Origin: Azolla caroliniana | Taxonomy: Eukaryota; Plantae; Polypodiophyta | DNA length: 64,000 nt | Direction of reading: 5' to 3' | NCBI GenBank assembly: GCA_043228905.1 | Contig: JBHGNT010000008.1 | Span: forward strand, 7,812,001 to 7,876,000 | Shown: positions 14,449 to 27,343 of the stretch, in pieces | How positions within the stretch are numbered: the stretch's first letter is position 1 | Layout: every line of letters begins with the position of its first letter | The notes under the pieces: generated by a model | What the model saw: the letters and a program-made list of their open reading frames with translations, nothing else | Databases searched by the model: none | What the model was told of the DNA's origin: nothing | Position numbers and translations under genes: made by a program

Positions 14449-14520
14449 ATGGATGTAGCTCAATTGGTAATATTGCCCAATAAGACCAGAAGGTCATGGG
14501 TTCAACCCCCACCATTCTAT
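14449..14520 (+). pseudogene. tRNA-like sequence in the chromovirus 3' LTR
   Basis: GGATGTAGCTCAATTGGTA (A box/D arm) ... CAGAAGGTCATGGGTTCAACCCCCACCATTC (variable loop, T arm/B box, acceptor); anticodon arm degenerate. Confidence 0.7.
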
Positions 14521-16342
14521 GTGGCATCCTATTTATGACATTATCCTCTCTCTAAGGCTGCCTCCTTCGACCCATGACCGGTTTTTGTGGATAACGTTCA
14601 TGAAATGCTTGAACTATGTCCGGGGCATGCTTGAGATGATGTGTCGGCTCCCATGTTGCTTCGGAGATCGGGTACCCTTTCCAGAGGACAAGGTATTGAA
14701 GCTGGCGACGGAAGAGACGAGAGTCGAGAATTTGGTTAACCTCATATTCTTCTCCGGTTGAGAGTTGGATTGGTGGTGGAGGAGATGAGTGTCGACCAAG
14801 GATTTCAGATATATGGCGAGGTTCTAGAAGGGAGACATGGAATACATTATGAATACGAAAGTGAGATGGTAGCTCTAAGCGGACAACCATGGAACCAATT
14901 TTCTCAATGATTCGGAAAGGGCCGGACTTCTTGTAATCAAGCTTCGGACAAGGACGAGTGGTGGCAATATTGCGACGGAGAAGCCAAACAAAGTCTCCTA
15001 CCTCGAACCGGGAGCATCTAAGCGATGACGGTCAGGTTGCTCCTTGTAGCGTCATGTAGGATGCATCACAATATAAACATAGTCTGTTGGTTCGACGATA
15101 CCTCCGTTCACCCTCGTTGAGTGGCAAGGCGCGAGCTCGATCAATTTCCATTGCCACGGGGTCATCGTACGATGACCATGGAGAAGATTTCAAAGAGGGT
15201 TTCCACCTTGAAGTTGCTCATTCCTCTTGACGAAGCTCAAACAACCGATTGTCACAACTAACTGCCTGCGTGATGGCTTGCAACAATGACGTAGGCTCCG
15301 GAAAGTTGAGTAGTAAATTTTTAATCTCGCTTCGAAGGCGCCGACAAAAATGATCACAGAGAGCTTGGCCATCCCATTGAACATCACATGCTAATTGTCT
15401 AAATTCAGAGGCATAAACGGATACCTTGATGTAATGAATAGAGTTTGGTGATGACAGTTCGGCGTCGGTCCGTATCCCCAAATGTTGCCTCAAACTCTGC
15501 GAGAAAGGCAGGAAAATTTTGTAGAAGTGGTGATGAAATTTCGACCAACGGTGCAAACCAGGCTTGTGCAGCTCCGGATAGAAGGGTCCCAATGAGACCA
15601 ACTCAACAAAAATCATCCGCATACTATTGAGGCTGTAGTTGGATAATAAGCTTGATCTGATTTTATGAACCCTCGGAAGTGCTTCATCATGCCATCGAAC
15701 TTGTCAGGTAAACTAATATTGGGCTCCATACTTGTAGTGGGATGGGAAGGAGTCGAAGAAAGCCTAGACGAGGAACCAGGCTCTATAGGTAGAACATTTG
15801 TTGATGTAGGAGGAGAGTTGTTTTTTTCTTCGAGTTCCATCGGTGTTCCAACTTGAAGCTTCCGTAACGATTCCGGAAGGTTGTCATTCTCAAGTTGAAG
15901 TTGATGCATGGCTTCCATGAGGTGATTTATTCTCTCGGTAAGATCCGACATGTGGAGGCTTAGAAAATGGGAAGGTGAACAAACTGTCACGAACAAGTGG
16001 AATGAGGCTACGTACTAAGAGAGAGCGAGAGCATAAGCAAGATCACAAGATTGTGGAGAGGGAGAGCATAGACAAGAGAACAAGCAAGAGAGAGGATAGA
16101 CAAATAAACAAGAACTGTATATGCTTTCGTAACTGGTGTTGTTCACCTTGATTGTAATCAAGGTGCACCCTAGTATTTATACAAGAATGTGGAGGTATGC
16201 ATGAAAGCTAGGAGACTTCTAGAGAGTGCATGGAAACTTCTAGAGAGTGCATGAAGATGCATTCTCTAGAAGGTTCTTGAAAGTTCTAGTGATCAATCTA
16301 TAATGAAATAAGTTGAGTCTTACACAATATAATAATGTATAG

Positions 16343-16414
16343 ATGGATGTAGCTCAATTGGTAAGGTTGCCCAATAAGACCAGAAGGTCCTGGGTTCAAC
16401 ACCCACCATTCCAT
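16343..16414 (+). pseudogene. tRNA-like sequence in the chromovirus 5' LTR
   Basis: ATGGATGTAGCTCAATTGGTAAGG...CCAGAAGGTCCTGGGTTCAACACCCACCATTCCAT; A and B boxes at tRNA spacing, about 72 nt. Confidence 0.7.
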
Positions 16415-16530
16415 GTCGCATTCTATCTATGACACATTGTTTCTCTCCCTCTTCTTCTCACGCTCTTTGGTCCAGGACCCCTACGGTCCCGCCTTCGTTT
16501 CTCATGCATACGTTTAGTTACGCGACAACA

Positions 16531-17902
16531 TGACAAAGGTGCTCCAGAGATTAGGCATGAAAAGCGCGAAATTGATCGGCTCAACACTACCGACGAACTT
16601 CAAGCTAAGCAAAGAACAATGTCCGAAATCGAAAACCGAGAAGGCCAAGATGTTAAAAGTCCCTTATGCTTCCGCGGTTGATGTATGAGATGGTATGTAC
16701 TAGGCCGGACATAGGATACATAGTCGGCGTGGTGACCCGATATATGAGCAACCCCGAAAGAGAGCATTGGGCTACCGTGAAGTGGATACTTTGGTACCTA
16801 AAAGGCACCTCGATTGTGTGTCTTCGTTTCAGTTCGGGTGACCACACACTAGAAGGTTATACTGACTCAGACATATCAGCCGATGTGGATACCAACTGAT
16901 CCACGCCGGGTACGTAATGACTTATGCATGGGGAGTTGTTTCGTGGAAGTCGAGGCTGCAGAAGACCGTGGCATTGTCACCCACGGAAGACGAATATATG
17001 GTCGCAGCAGAAGCCGGCAAGGAAAACATATGGATGAAGGAGTTTATTGGTGAGCTGGGAATTCAGTAGGAGGAATTCCAACTCCATTGCGATAACCAGA
17101 GTGCTATCCACCTTGCGAAAAATGTCGCCTACCACTCGAGGAACAAACACATCCAAAGAAGATATCATTGGCTCCGAGAGAGAGTAGAAAAAAAGGAGTT
17201 TGCTCTAGTGAAGATCCACACGGCCGAAAATAGATCAGATATGCTGACGAAGGTGTTGTCAGCCGAAAAGCTAAACATGTGCTGATAGAGAGTCGGTTTG
17301 ATGAAGTACCCCATGTCGGAGTGAAGGAGGAGTTTGTTGGGAAACATGTCCCTCCGGATGGGAAGAGAAGTACCGTGTTGGTGAGTATCTCAACCAAAAT
17401 TGAAACAAAAACGGAAACCGAAACCGATATCGAAATCGAAAACCGAAATCGTTTCGGAAGACTATAATTGTAAATAGTCTTAAATGCCTCTTGGGGGGCT
17501 ATACCTGTAACTAGCTAGAAAGTTGCTTTTGTTTATAAGCAACTAGGGCAAACTTTATAGATGTGTAGTTGATCATTATTGAAAAGTTAGAACAAGGTAG
17601 TTGCCTCTGTAACCGTGAGAGAGAGAGAGAGTGTGTGTGTGTGTGTAACTCAGTAGCCGCCTGTCAAACGAACGAGAACTCGAGGTCGTTGCCTCCAAGC
17701 TCCGTATTTGTATTTCCTCTCTATTATAGTGATATGTTTTCTTGGGGTTTGTGGACCCCCGTGGTTTTTCCCATTTCTGGTTTTCCATGTAAAATATCGG
17801 TGTCTCTGTGCCTTCAGATTTTTTTCTATCTATGTACTAGTTCTTGGTTTCTACTCATGAATACGAACATGAAACCGGTTGTGGCCCGGTCGATTCCTAA
17901 CA
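16531..17902 (+). mobile_element. Ty1/copia family A, 3' part (RT end, RNase H, PPT, 3' LTR)
   Basis: MVCTRPDIGY...GYTDSD ORF 16666-16899; PPT GAAGGAGGAG ~17323-17332; LTR TGTTGGGAAAC (17335) to CCTAACA (17902). Confidence 0.88.
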
Positions 17903-20900
17903 CTGCGATCGCCGGCATTTCCGGCACAATCGGCATCCATGTAACCGACTAACTGTTCGGCTACTCCTATTCGATATAGCAACGTCATGTCCTTAGTGCC
18001 GCTGACATGTCCTTAGCAACTGCGATCCTGAGGAAGTAATGAAGGTCCCCTAGGTCCTTCATGTCGAATGATGCCGCGTGCTGGGACTTTACACGGCCAA
18101 TTTCATCTAGGTGGCGTCGGCAATGACTACATCATCAACATAAAGTAAAATACTAACCGGTCCATGTCGACCTTGCCGCACGAACAATGAAGAGTCCGAT
18201 TTGGACGTCACAAACCCCATCTGACGCAGGCGTTGCGTGATCTTCGCGTTCCATGCGCGCGGGGCTTGTTTTAGTCTGTAGAGGGACTTCTCCAGTCGGC
18301 ATACTGCTAAAGTGTTCTTTCCGGACTGAAATCCAAGGGGTTGTACCATGTACACATGTTCCTCAAATTATCCTTGCAAGAACACATTCTTTACATCCAT
18401 CTAATGTAAATGTCACCTCTTTACCACGGCTACCGCAAGCAGGACATAGATGGTTGGCATCTTTGTGATCGGCGCAAAGGTCTCATTGTAATCGATGTTG
18501 TGTTGTTGTGTGTATCCCTTCGCCACTAACTAGTCCTTGTAGCGGTTGACAAAGCCGTCGGTGGTGTACCTCACCTTGTACACCCAGCTGCATCCAATCG
18601 GCTTTACACCCTTTAGGGCGTCAACCAGGTCCTAGGTTTCATTTTCCGCTAATGTGTGCATCTCTTCCTCCATTGCGGCACACCAATTTGCGTCCTTCGC
18701 CGCTTCTGTGTAGCCCTCCAACTCACGCACTTTCGCCACTCGCATCATGTACGCATAATGATGCGTCATGTACTCGTTGTATTCGAACTGCACCACGAGG
18801 TTCTTTTGCCGGGCAGATCAGCATAATTGCTCATTAGCTGACTTTGAGGCCCTCTTGGCCGACACAAACTTCGTTTCCGAAGGTCCTTCTTCGTTCTTCT
18901 CGGAGTCGGATTCACTTCAATCTGACTTGTGTTTATCAGTGTCGTACTCCGACATCTTCTTCTTTCCCTTCTCTTTGTGCATAAACCGTCTCCTCGGCTT
19001 CCTGCGCGGGAAATGCACGGCCAATTCTACGTCTGACTGGTCATGCCAACTCAGTCGCTCTTGAATGAGATCAGACTCTCTTCAAGTGTTTCGATGTCTC
19101 CTTTGCCCTGAGGCATTTCAGCCTCGCTAACCTCTTCGTCAGAGATCGGAATGGAGTCGTCAAGGGTTGGAGGCGAAGGCAAGTACCACGACACAGACTC
19201 GTCGAACACAACATCACGACTTACATGAGATTGTTTGGTACAGGGGTTATAAGACTTATAACCCTTCTGGTCGTACGAGTAGCCAACCAAGATACACTTC
19301 TCAGCTTTGGTGTCTAGCTTCCTCCGTTTTTCCTTCGGCACATGCACATACGCGATGCTACAGAAGACCGTCAAGTGTGCCAAGTTCGGCATCTTCTTGA
19401 AGTACAACTCATGTGGCGACACTCCTCCATTGGCAAATGCCCGATTCTAGAGGTAGACGGTTTTTTTGACCGCTTCGGCCCAATAGAACTTTGGCAGATG
19501 CTTCTCTTCAAGCATCGCCCTTGCCGCCTCCTCTATCGTTTGATTCTTCCTCTCGGCCATGCCGTTCTGCTGCGGCGTGTATCTACATAACTCGAGAACT
19601 GGTCAGAGAAGTACTACTCACCATTGAACCTTAGGCACTTGATGTTTTGCCCGGTTTCCCTTTCCGCAAGGCTCTTCACCTTCAGGAAACATGCGAAGAC
19701 TTCGCCCTTTTTCGCGATCAAGCATGCCCAAGTGTGCAGAGTAAAGTCATCGATGAAGGTTACGAAGTAACAACTTACTCCAATGCTCACGTTCTATGCC
19801 GATCCCCATATATCCAAATGGATGACATTGAGTGAATTTCGACTCCGATTACGGTCGTTGGGAAATGGAAGTCGGTGCTGCTTCCCGAGCTAGCATGCTT
19901 TGTAGACTTGGCCATTCCAGCCACTAAATTTCGGCTATCTGAAAACAATGTTCTTCGTCTGCATTTCACGAAGCCGCGGGAAGTTAACATAGTCGAACCG
20001 CTTGTGCCATAGGTTGATGTCTGACTCAACCTTCTATCCTTTCGCGAACAACGCAGTTCTAACTTCATTGGTATTGAGGATGAATATCCTCCCTTCTCGG
20101 TGCCCTTGCGCAATGACTTTGCCCTCCTTTTCGATGTAGCAACCGAGATGCGTGAACCGAACTTGCATCCCCTGGTTGACGATCTGTTTGACCGATACCA
20201 GGTTCTTCGTTATTGTCGGGAAGTGTAGCACGTTCATGCGTTTCCCTTTCTGGCTGATGTGGTTGAGGGGAACTTCATCGACATGTTCGATGGTATGCGG
20301 AGTGTCATCTCCAGTTTCGACCACTCCTTGCTTTTCCGGTTTCTCCAAGTACGAGAACTATTCCTCGTGACTTGTCATATGATTTAACACTCCGGAGTCA
20401 ACATACCACACCTTGTTCGGTTTCGAGGTGTTCACCACCATCGAATTGGCTTTGTGCTTCATTACGAAGGTTGGGCCCGATCCACTTTCAGCTTGTTCGG
20501 AGCCCTCAGTGTAGTGCGATCGCTGTCGATTTCCTTGTTCGGTTTGCCAGAGCCGTATGTTGTTTTCTCCAAATTGGCACGTTTCTTCCAGCACTCTCTC
20601 TACTGTGGCCTTTCTTCCCACAGTACCAGTATTTTGTGGCAGGCTTTCCTTGCCAATTTCCGGCGCCGCCTCAACTCCCCCTACTTCCAGAGGGTCCGAA
20701 ACTATTGTTGGCATTACTACCATGCCTTCCATCTTGCTCTTGTCGGCCGCCTCCATTGCGCACCCACTCGCCTCGTCCGCCACAACCACGGGGCCTATCT
20801 TCCTCCGTGTACCGCATCTTGCTGTCGGCGTGCATACTCATTGACGCACCCATGTGGTTCTCCTCTACTGGGAGCATCGACTGTAAGTCGAAAAATGATG

Positions 20901-21926
20901 GCATATTCTCCCTCATATTGACCGCAGTTTGGAATGTTCCGAACTTCGATGCTAACCCTCCAAGACAGACCTGCACCATTTTTTCCTCCTCGACGTTTGT
21001 ATCGACGGAGGCGAGAGAGTCATAGATGTCCTTGATCTTGGAGGTGTAATCAGCCACCAACATATCTCATTGTCGAACATTGCTCAACTCTTGCTTGAGT
21101 TGGAGCTTTCTAGTTGTGGTGATTGCAACGAAAATCTTTTTTAGATTTCCCCAAGCATCCTTCAGCGTCCTCGCATCCCGAATGTAGCTCAGAAGTTGAT
21201 CGCTCACACAGGATGCGAAGTAGTAGAGAACTCTGTTTGCCGCCTATTCCCATGCTAGGAAATCCCTATGTGTCGATTCGGGTGTTGCGCCATTAGCTCC
21301 ATCGACATAACTCCAGTAGCCATCCCTGAGCAAGTACTGGTGCATCTTGTACGACCAAGATGCGTAGTTGCTTCTATCGAGCTTCTCTGTCAGAAGCGAG
21401 CTAGCCATTCCTCTATCCATTCTTTCCTTCTTCTGTTCTTCATCATGATTAGGGTTTGTCTATTTGTCGACAACAGAGGATCTCAACCCTCGCGCTTTGA
21501 TACCATGTAAAAGAATATGTGTGGAAGTTTAACAGGCACAACCGGGTAACAACAGATAAAAGACAAGAGACAAGGAAGATAAGGAAGGTTTAATGGAAAG
21601 CTTAATCAACACAACGTACGCGGGAGAGACAGAGAGAGCAGAACACAAAAAACTCTATTCCAAAACAATACTCTAAAACTTTGTACATCGGATGTGCTCA
21701 GAGAGCGCTTTTATACAAGTCAATACGGACTGACACAAGTACTGACTTGTACTTCAATGCTCATCAATGAGCCCCTACACTAACTCCCAAAATATATTCC
21801 TCCGCGGAATATCTATCCAACGACCTCCCAGTTTGCGCACCGATACGGCCTCTCATTGCGCACCCGGTTTACGCACCCAGTCTACATAATGGTTTACGCA
21901 CCCAATGTTGAGCTTGTATCTCAACA
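17903..21926 (-). mobile_element. Ty1/copia family B element, degenerate, 3'-truncated
   Basis: LTR 21506-21926; PBS ~21494-21505; gag (20671-21063), protease (WYVDSG), integrase (19051-19422), RT (LLYVDD, 18107-18355), RT/RH junction (GYMDADCAG) at ~17903-18015 after an internal deletion. Confidence 0.88.
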
Positions 21927-22555
21927 TATTTGCATTCCGTCATTCCGAATTTGAAGATCATACTCAACACATAATGGCGTTGACTGATTAGTATGCCTTC
22001 CGAGGTGCGGATCACTTTGATCCCCAGGAAGTAATGAAGGTCCCCTAGATCCTTCATCTCGAACGATGCCGCTAGCTAAGACTTGATGCGGCCGATTTCT
22101 TCCAAGTCGGCGCAGGGATGAGTAGATATAACAAAATGCTTACCGGCCCATTCCGACCCTGCCGAATGACTTCGACGTGGCAAACCCCATTCGACGCAAT
22201 TGCTTCGTGATCTTCGCATTCCAAGCACATGGGGCTTGCTTTAATCCGTAGAGGAACTTCTTCAGTCGGCAACCAACCGATGTGTTCATTCCGGACTGAA
22301 AACCGAGGGGTTGTACCATGTACACCTGTTCCTCAAGATCTCCTTGCAGGAACACATTTTTTACATCCATTTGATGTAAATGCCACCCCTTTGCCGTTGC
22401 CACCACTAGCAATACACGGACAATCATCATCTTCACGACCAACGCAAATGTCTCATCATAGTCGATGTTGTGTTGCTGTGCATAGCTCTGGGCTACTCAC
22501 CAGGCCTTGTACCGGTTGACGGAGTCTTCGGTATTATATTTTACCTTGTAGCTCT
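21927..22555 (-). mobile_element. Ty1/copia RT fragment (family B-like), outermost host of the left nest
   Basis: ORFs 22140-22442 (LHQMDVKNVFLQG...LYGLKQAP) and 21869-22057 (MKDLGDLHYFLGI). Confidence 0.85.
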
Positions 22556-25500
22556 CCGGCTCACATCTCCTCGTTAGGGCTTGTATATAAAGTGTTATCT
22601 GAGCACATTCGTTGTATTGAGTTTTTAATAATAGAAGTTTTGTTTGTCTGCTCACTCAATGTCTCTCTCCCTCTCACCATTACTCTGTGTATTCCTAACT
22701 GTTGCACTTCCGGATAACCGATTGTGTGCTCTGTGCTTCGCATAACGCTTTTGCACGTATTCTTTGAATGGTCAACACTCTCTTCACCTTTTCTCATCTA
22801 GTTTATATCAACTTCAAATTAGCCTCCATCAACATGTTAATAGACTTACAATACTCCATTCTCAATGTTTTTTAGAGTATCATGAATTGAGTGATAAACA
22901 CTTCTTTGTACCTTTGGTTCAATTTTAAATTCAAGATGACAACATTGAATCCAAGCAATATCTTGTAGCATATCTATTGAACTCTTTGTTTCACCCATTT
23001 GAGTATTTGTGTACATTTATCTACTTCTCTTAGTGGGACATGTATGATTGTTTCCAATCATTATGAATGCACTATCAATTATCATGAAGTTTTAGAATCC
23101 TCACTTCTTCGACTCATGATGCTTTCTCTCTTTGTTGGCACTTGTTCATGCCAACATACTTATCTCTATTCAAAAGTGGTTATCCTCAATCACAATTCAA
23201 GCATATGGTTTTTTTCATTTTTGCACCTAGACCCACAAAACAATTAAAGCACTCGACAAATGTCTTAAACTCGATCTTTAATTTTTCGTAATTTATTGAT
23301 GGTTGCCTGTGAAAACATAGATAAGTGCTTAATCAATCTATTTTGAATCATCAACATTAGATAAGTTGTGAATGGATGATATAAAGAAATAAATAAATGT
23401 TGAATGGTATTCTCCTATTATGCCATACATTTGTTGGCATGTGAAATGTGTGCATAAGTCAGACATACATGAGCATGACATGGTGGACCCAAATCAATCC
23501 AACTAAAGCTTCTACAAAACAATTTAGCATATGTTGAATCTCAATCCATGTATAGAGACTATTCAACTTCTCTATTTGTTCAAGCACATAACATATTGGA
23601 ATTTTCAATGTATTTGTAACTCTAGTGTATATATGTAGATAGAGAGGTCGTCAAACAACCAAATGTATAAGAGTTACAATAATGGTTCCCTGAACATAAA
23701 TGCATTGGAGGTAAATATTTATCTATAAGAGTTTCTACTATGTTTAGTCTCTATGTAGACGTTGTAGTAAAGAGATATTCACGAACTCTTCCTATTATTG
23801 ATCTAATTAACCAATCACAAACTCTAAACTCAATATTGCCACTTGTATGAAGTGCCTACGTATATGGTATGTAAAGTGAAATCAATGAACAAGAGTTTAC
23901 AAACAATTCAAGGTGCCACAATGAAGGATGAAAAATATTGGCTACACCCATACATATCCAAGTGAAACTCCACAAGCATTTTGAACAAAAAAACATAAGC
24001 ATTTTGAACAAAAAAACATATGTTTATAGATTGAGGGTAAGAACTTGTGTTGTTTTGAAACTTCGTTGCATCCTCTTGCTTGAAGAAAGATAATCGTTCA
24101 ATTGTAAAAAAACATTTCTTCATTGTGTCAACACCTACCGTACAAATTTTCTTTTCCGTATGAATATGACAACATGCGCTTCTTTACAACAATCTCATCG
24201 ATAGAAATCAAACTCAAAACCAACTTTAAAGCAAAGTAGGCAAGTTTCATGTTTCAAACACATGTTGTAATGCTAGCATACCTAATTGAATTGAAGGGCG
24301 CGATTTATTTTTGTTATTATGTAATCATTTTGATTTCTTTTAGTAAATCATTGTTCCCCAAATAACATATCAAATTGTTACATAATCATCACTTTACAAC
24401 AAAATGTCTAAAATATCTACATCAAAATGGGTAGTTTTGATTATATCAATCATATTGCTATATGTCAATGAATGATATATCATATACACACCAAATCTCT
24501 GACCCTTCGAAATTTCCACCCATGTATGTAACATACACCAAAATGTTGTCAAGGAAATGACATCTCAAGAACTAGTCTACACGTATACAACAAATGGGTT
24601 AATGTGTCTTACCATAAGCTCAAATACCTAACATGCCCTATTTATTTTCATTCGCAATTCCTTTTTGAAAATGCCCCAACTAACAAGTTGTTGATAATAA
24701 AAACTCATCCTTCAAAGAACAAATAAAATACCAAGAACTTTCTACATGGGTGTATAAGAATAGAATAATTTTGAGGATATTACACATTGTAAATCAGAAT
24801 ATGATATGACAATCAATGTTTGCTAATGAATGAAACACAAACTAAAAAACTTGGAATTTTAAAAGTCAAAATTACCTACAACCACATAGCATACATGGAT
24901 GTGTTTTTAGGTGCAAGCCTAAAGACAATATGTTATCCATAATCATAATCACAACTATGTTTGCGAACAAACAAATGTTACACTTGCGTAAGACTAAGAA
25001 AATGCCATAGATTGTTGTCAAGGATATCAAAACTATGGAAACTCTCATCAAATGGGGAAATGTGGCTAAGTACATTTATGAAGGAATATCAAGACCATAA
25101 CCATGTCCATCTTACAACCTAATGGAGACGTTTGTAAGTTCAAACTTGTTATAGACGTAGGATCTCTTGGAACTTTCTAGATATACATGTATAAGATAGA
25201 ATGAGAAACAAAATACTATTTAGGATAACATAGAGTATGCCCATAATAAAATATCATCGAAGATATGGAAACTACCTAGTACCACATAACATTTGGGGAA
25301 TGTGGCAAACAAGCCAAACACATGTCCAATATCTTGGCCATAGCTAGAATCAATCTTTTCACTACAATGAATAAATGTTGCATCAACGCGCCAAGCAAGT
25401 AAGCCAATGTGCCAACCAAACAACCTCAAATATATGATGACCCCCGTTCATCTAGTGGTTGTAAGATTGTCCTAAGTATGATGGGTTCATGATTAAACTA

Positions 25501-27246
25501 TATGTACTTACTTTGGAATGTTACAAATTGTCAAAAAATGCCACACTGTAACATTATATCTCTTGGACTATATTTCTAGAGTGTTTCAACCAATAATGAT
25601 TAGTATAAGTGAGCAATTTGCCATAGAAACACATTCCTTTGAATTTTGTAGATCTACACTACACCTATATGTGAATGAATGTTTTGAAGACAAAAGCTAG
25701 TGGAAATTTCTAGATTAGTAAATAATACATTGAACTTACCTAGAACATTGAATGTATTATAAAGATAAGAACAATACAAGGAATAGCAATATATTATGAT
25801 TTATCCATAACTAGAATCAAATGGTTATGGAAACACCTCTCAACTTTTATTAGTTGGGTGTATAAGACATAAAACAAACAACAAATATGATCCAGATAAC
25901 AAAACTACCAACACCCAAATAGCCTTTCAGGTGACACATTTGAGCACAAGATTAATTTACAATGAAACTTTTTTTTTTTAAAGCTAACCCAAGCAATAAG
26001 ATGTTTGAAACTAGAACAAATTGCTAGCACCAGAAACAAGCAACAATTTGCCATTTGCCAACAAAAGATATATTAGAAACAAATATGTTACTAACTTTTC
26101 TGATGGATCTGCAAGCCAATTAAACATAAAAAATATTGTTGACGATACAAGTTCAACATAGTAAAACCACTTACACCCACCCAACAAATGGCATATCTTG
26201 TGCATGGTAAGAACAAAATTTGGGAACAAACAACCACTATTTAGGCAAAATCTCTTAGAACTCTTTAGATAGATGTCAAAAATATGTAATAGAAATCAAG
26301 CAACAAAATGGTGTCGACGTATTACAAAATGTCGTTCAGGATATCCATTTTATTAGGACCACACAATGAATGGGGGTAATGTGGCTCACATGAGTCTAAG
26401 AAGAATATTCTCCATGATAAAAATTGATCCTTTTACATTGGAATGATGATATTTATTACCAACGAACAAACTCTACATGGACAACTTCTTGTGAACATTT
26501 TTAAGTTGATATATGAGATAAAGAAGAAAAGACAACAAAATATTGTGGAAGATATCAAAACACCTATGTACACACAACAAATGTTTTTGTGTGTGTAAGC
26601 AAGCACAAGCCAAATATATGCATGATGACTCCATCTTCATATTGCCTTCCAAAACATGATGCAAAGTTATAGTTTGCTAATAAACTTGAATCAACCACAT
26701 ACCAAATTACACGAAGCACAATCCATACTAGTAAGCTTTGAAAGGAAAGCTATATTGTGAGATGAAACCATTTCCTACTTACAAGCTACACAAGAATAAT
26801 TGATATTTGTCCTCTATGGAGTGGAAGCTATGCACACAATGTCTAGCAGACATTTTTAAATGGATATACAAGACAGTGAAGAAGTGACACCAAAATATTG
26901 TCAAAGATATCAAAACTATCCACTCATGTTGCAACGTGGCTAAGCAAGCAAGCACACGTCCAAATAAATACACGTAATGCGACCTTTTCTTTCCGTATAT
27001 GCACAAACGTGGTTCAGAAGAACCAATAGTTAGGCCATTAGCTCGAATCGGGTCTCCGACTATGTGACAATAAGAGACGGGCGATGCTTAGGAAGCTTCG
27101 AAGTGAAAACCCCAAATCGGGGGGATGTAATTGTCTGCTTGCTTTACGAGCCGGATGTTTGTGATGCAATGGCATCAGGAAAAGATGGATGGGCAGGCGA
27201 GGGCGCAGTGGGGACTAGCACAAAAGGTATGGTTGGGAAGTGGAAT

Positions 27247-27343
27247 GTGTGCGAGGGACGACCGACTAACTGAACGAACAACTGACTAATTGACTGACCG
27301 ACTAACCCACTGACCGACCGCCTGACCGTCTGACCGTCCGACC
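27247..27343. repeat. Degenerate (GACC/GACT)n low-complexity tract upstream of HEMA
   Basis: gaccgactaactgaacgaac...ctgaccgtctgaccgtccgacc. Confidence 0.6.

Larger units (their letters stand above)
14052..16434 (-). mobile_element. Internally deleted (non-autonomous) chromovirus, Tcn1/Tf1-like
   Basis: LTRs 14052-14540 and 15985-16434 (TGTCA...TGACA); TSD CGTTG/CATTG; gag remnants 15190-15996 (PDKFDG, YASEFRQLA); integrase tail plus chromodomain 14552-14890 (IHNVFHVSLLEP...YEVNQILDSR...YLVLWKGY...TWEP); PPT 14541-14553; no RT or RNase H. Confidence 0.9.
9937..16530 (+). mobile_element. Ty3/gypsy retrotransposon, 3' half (RT-RNaseH-integrase plus 3' LTR), degenerate
   Basis: RT ORF 10561-11691 (VPKKNG, GDLYSGYDQF, mutated FLPD in place of FLDD); RNase H 11772-11954; integrase HHCC and core 11973-13385; PPT ~13450-13458; LTR from TGTCGTGGGG (13459) to GACAACA (16530), interrupted by the element at 14052-16434. 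Confidence 0.88.

Noticed and set aside
14449-14520. Functional tRNA gene (also 16343-16414)
   Set aside because: The anticodon stem and D-stem 3' side do not pair and no anticodon can be assigned; kept only as tRNA-derived.
22556-27000. Short ORFs and faint internal repeats (~25020, 25260, 26905) in the AT-rich region
   Set aside because: No recognisable domain; probably ancient TE debris, but not assignable by eye.
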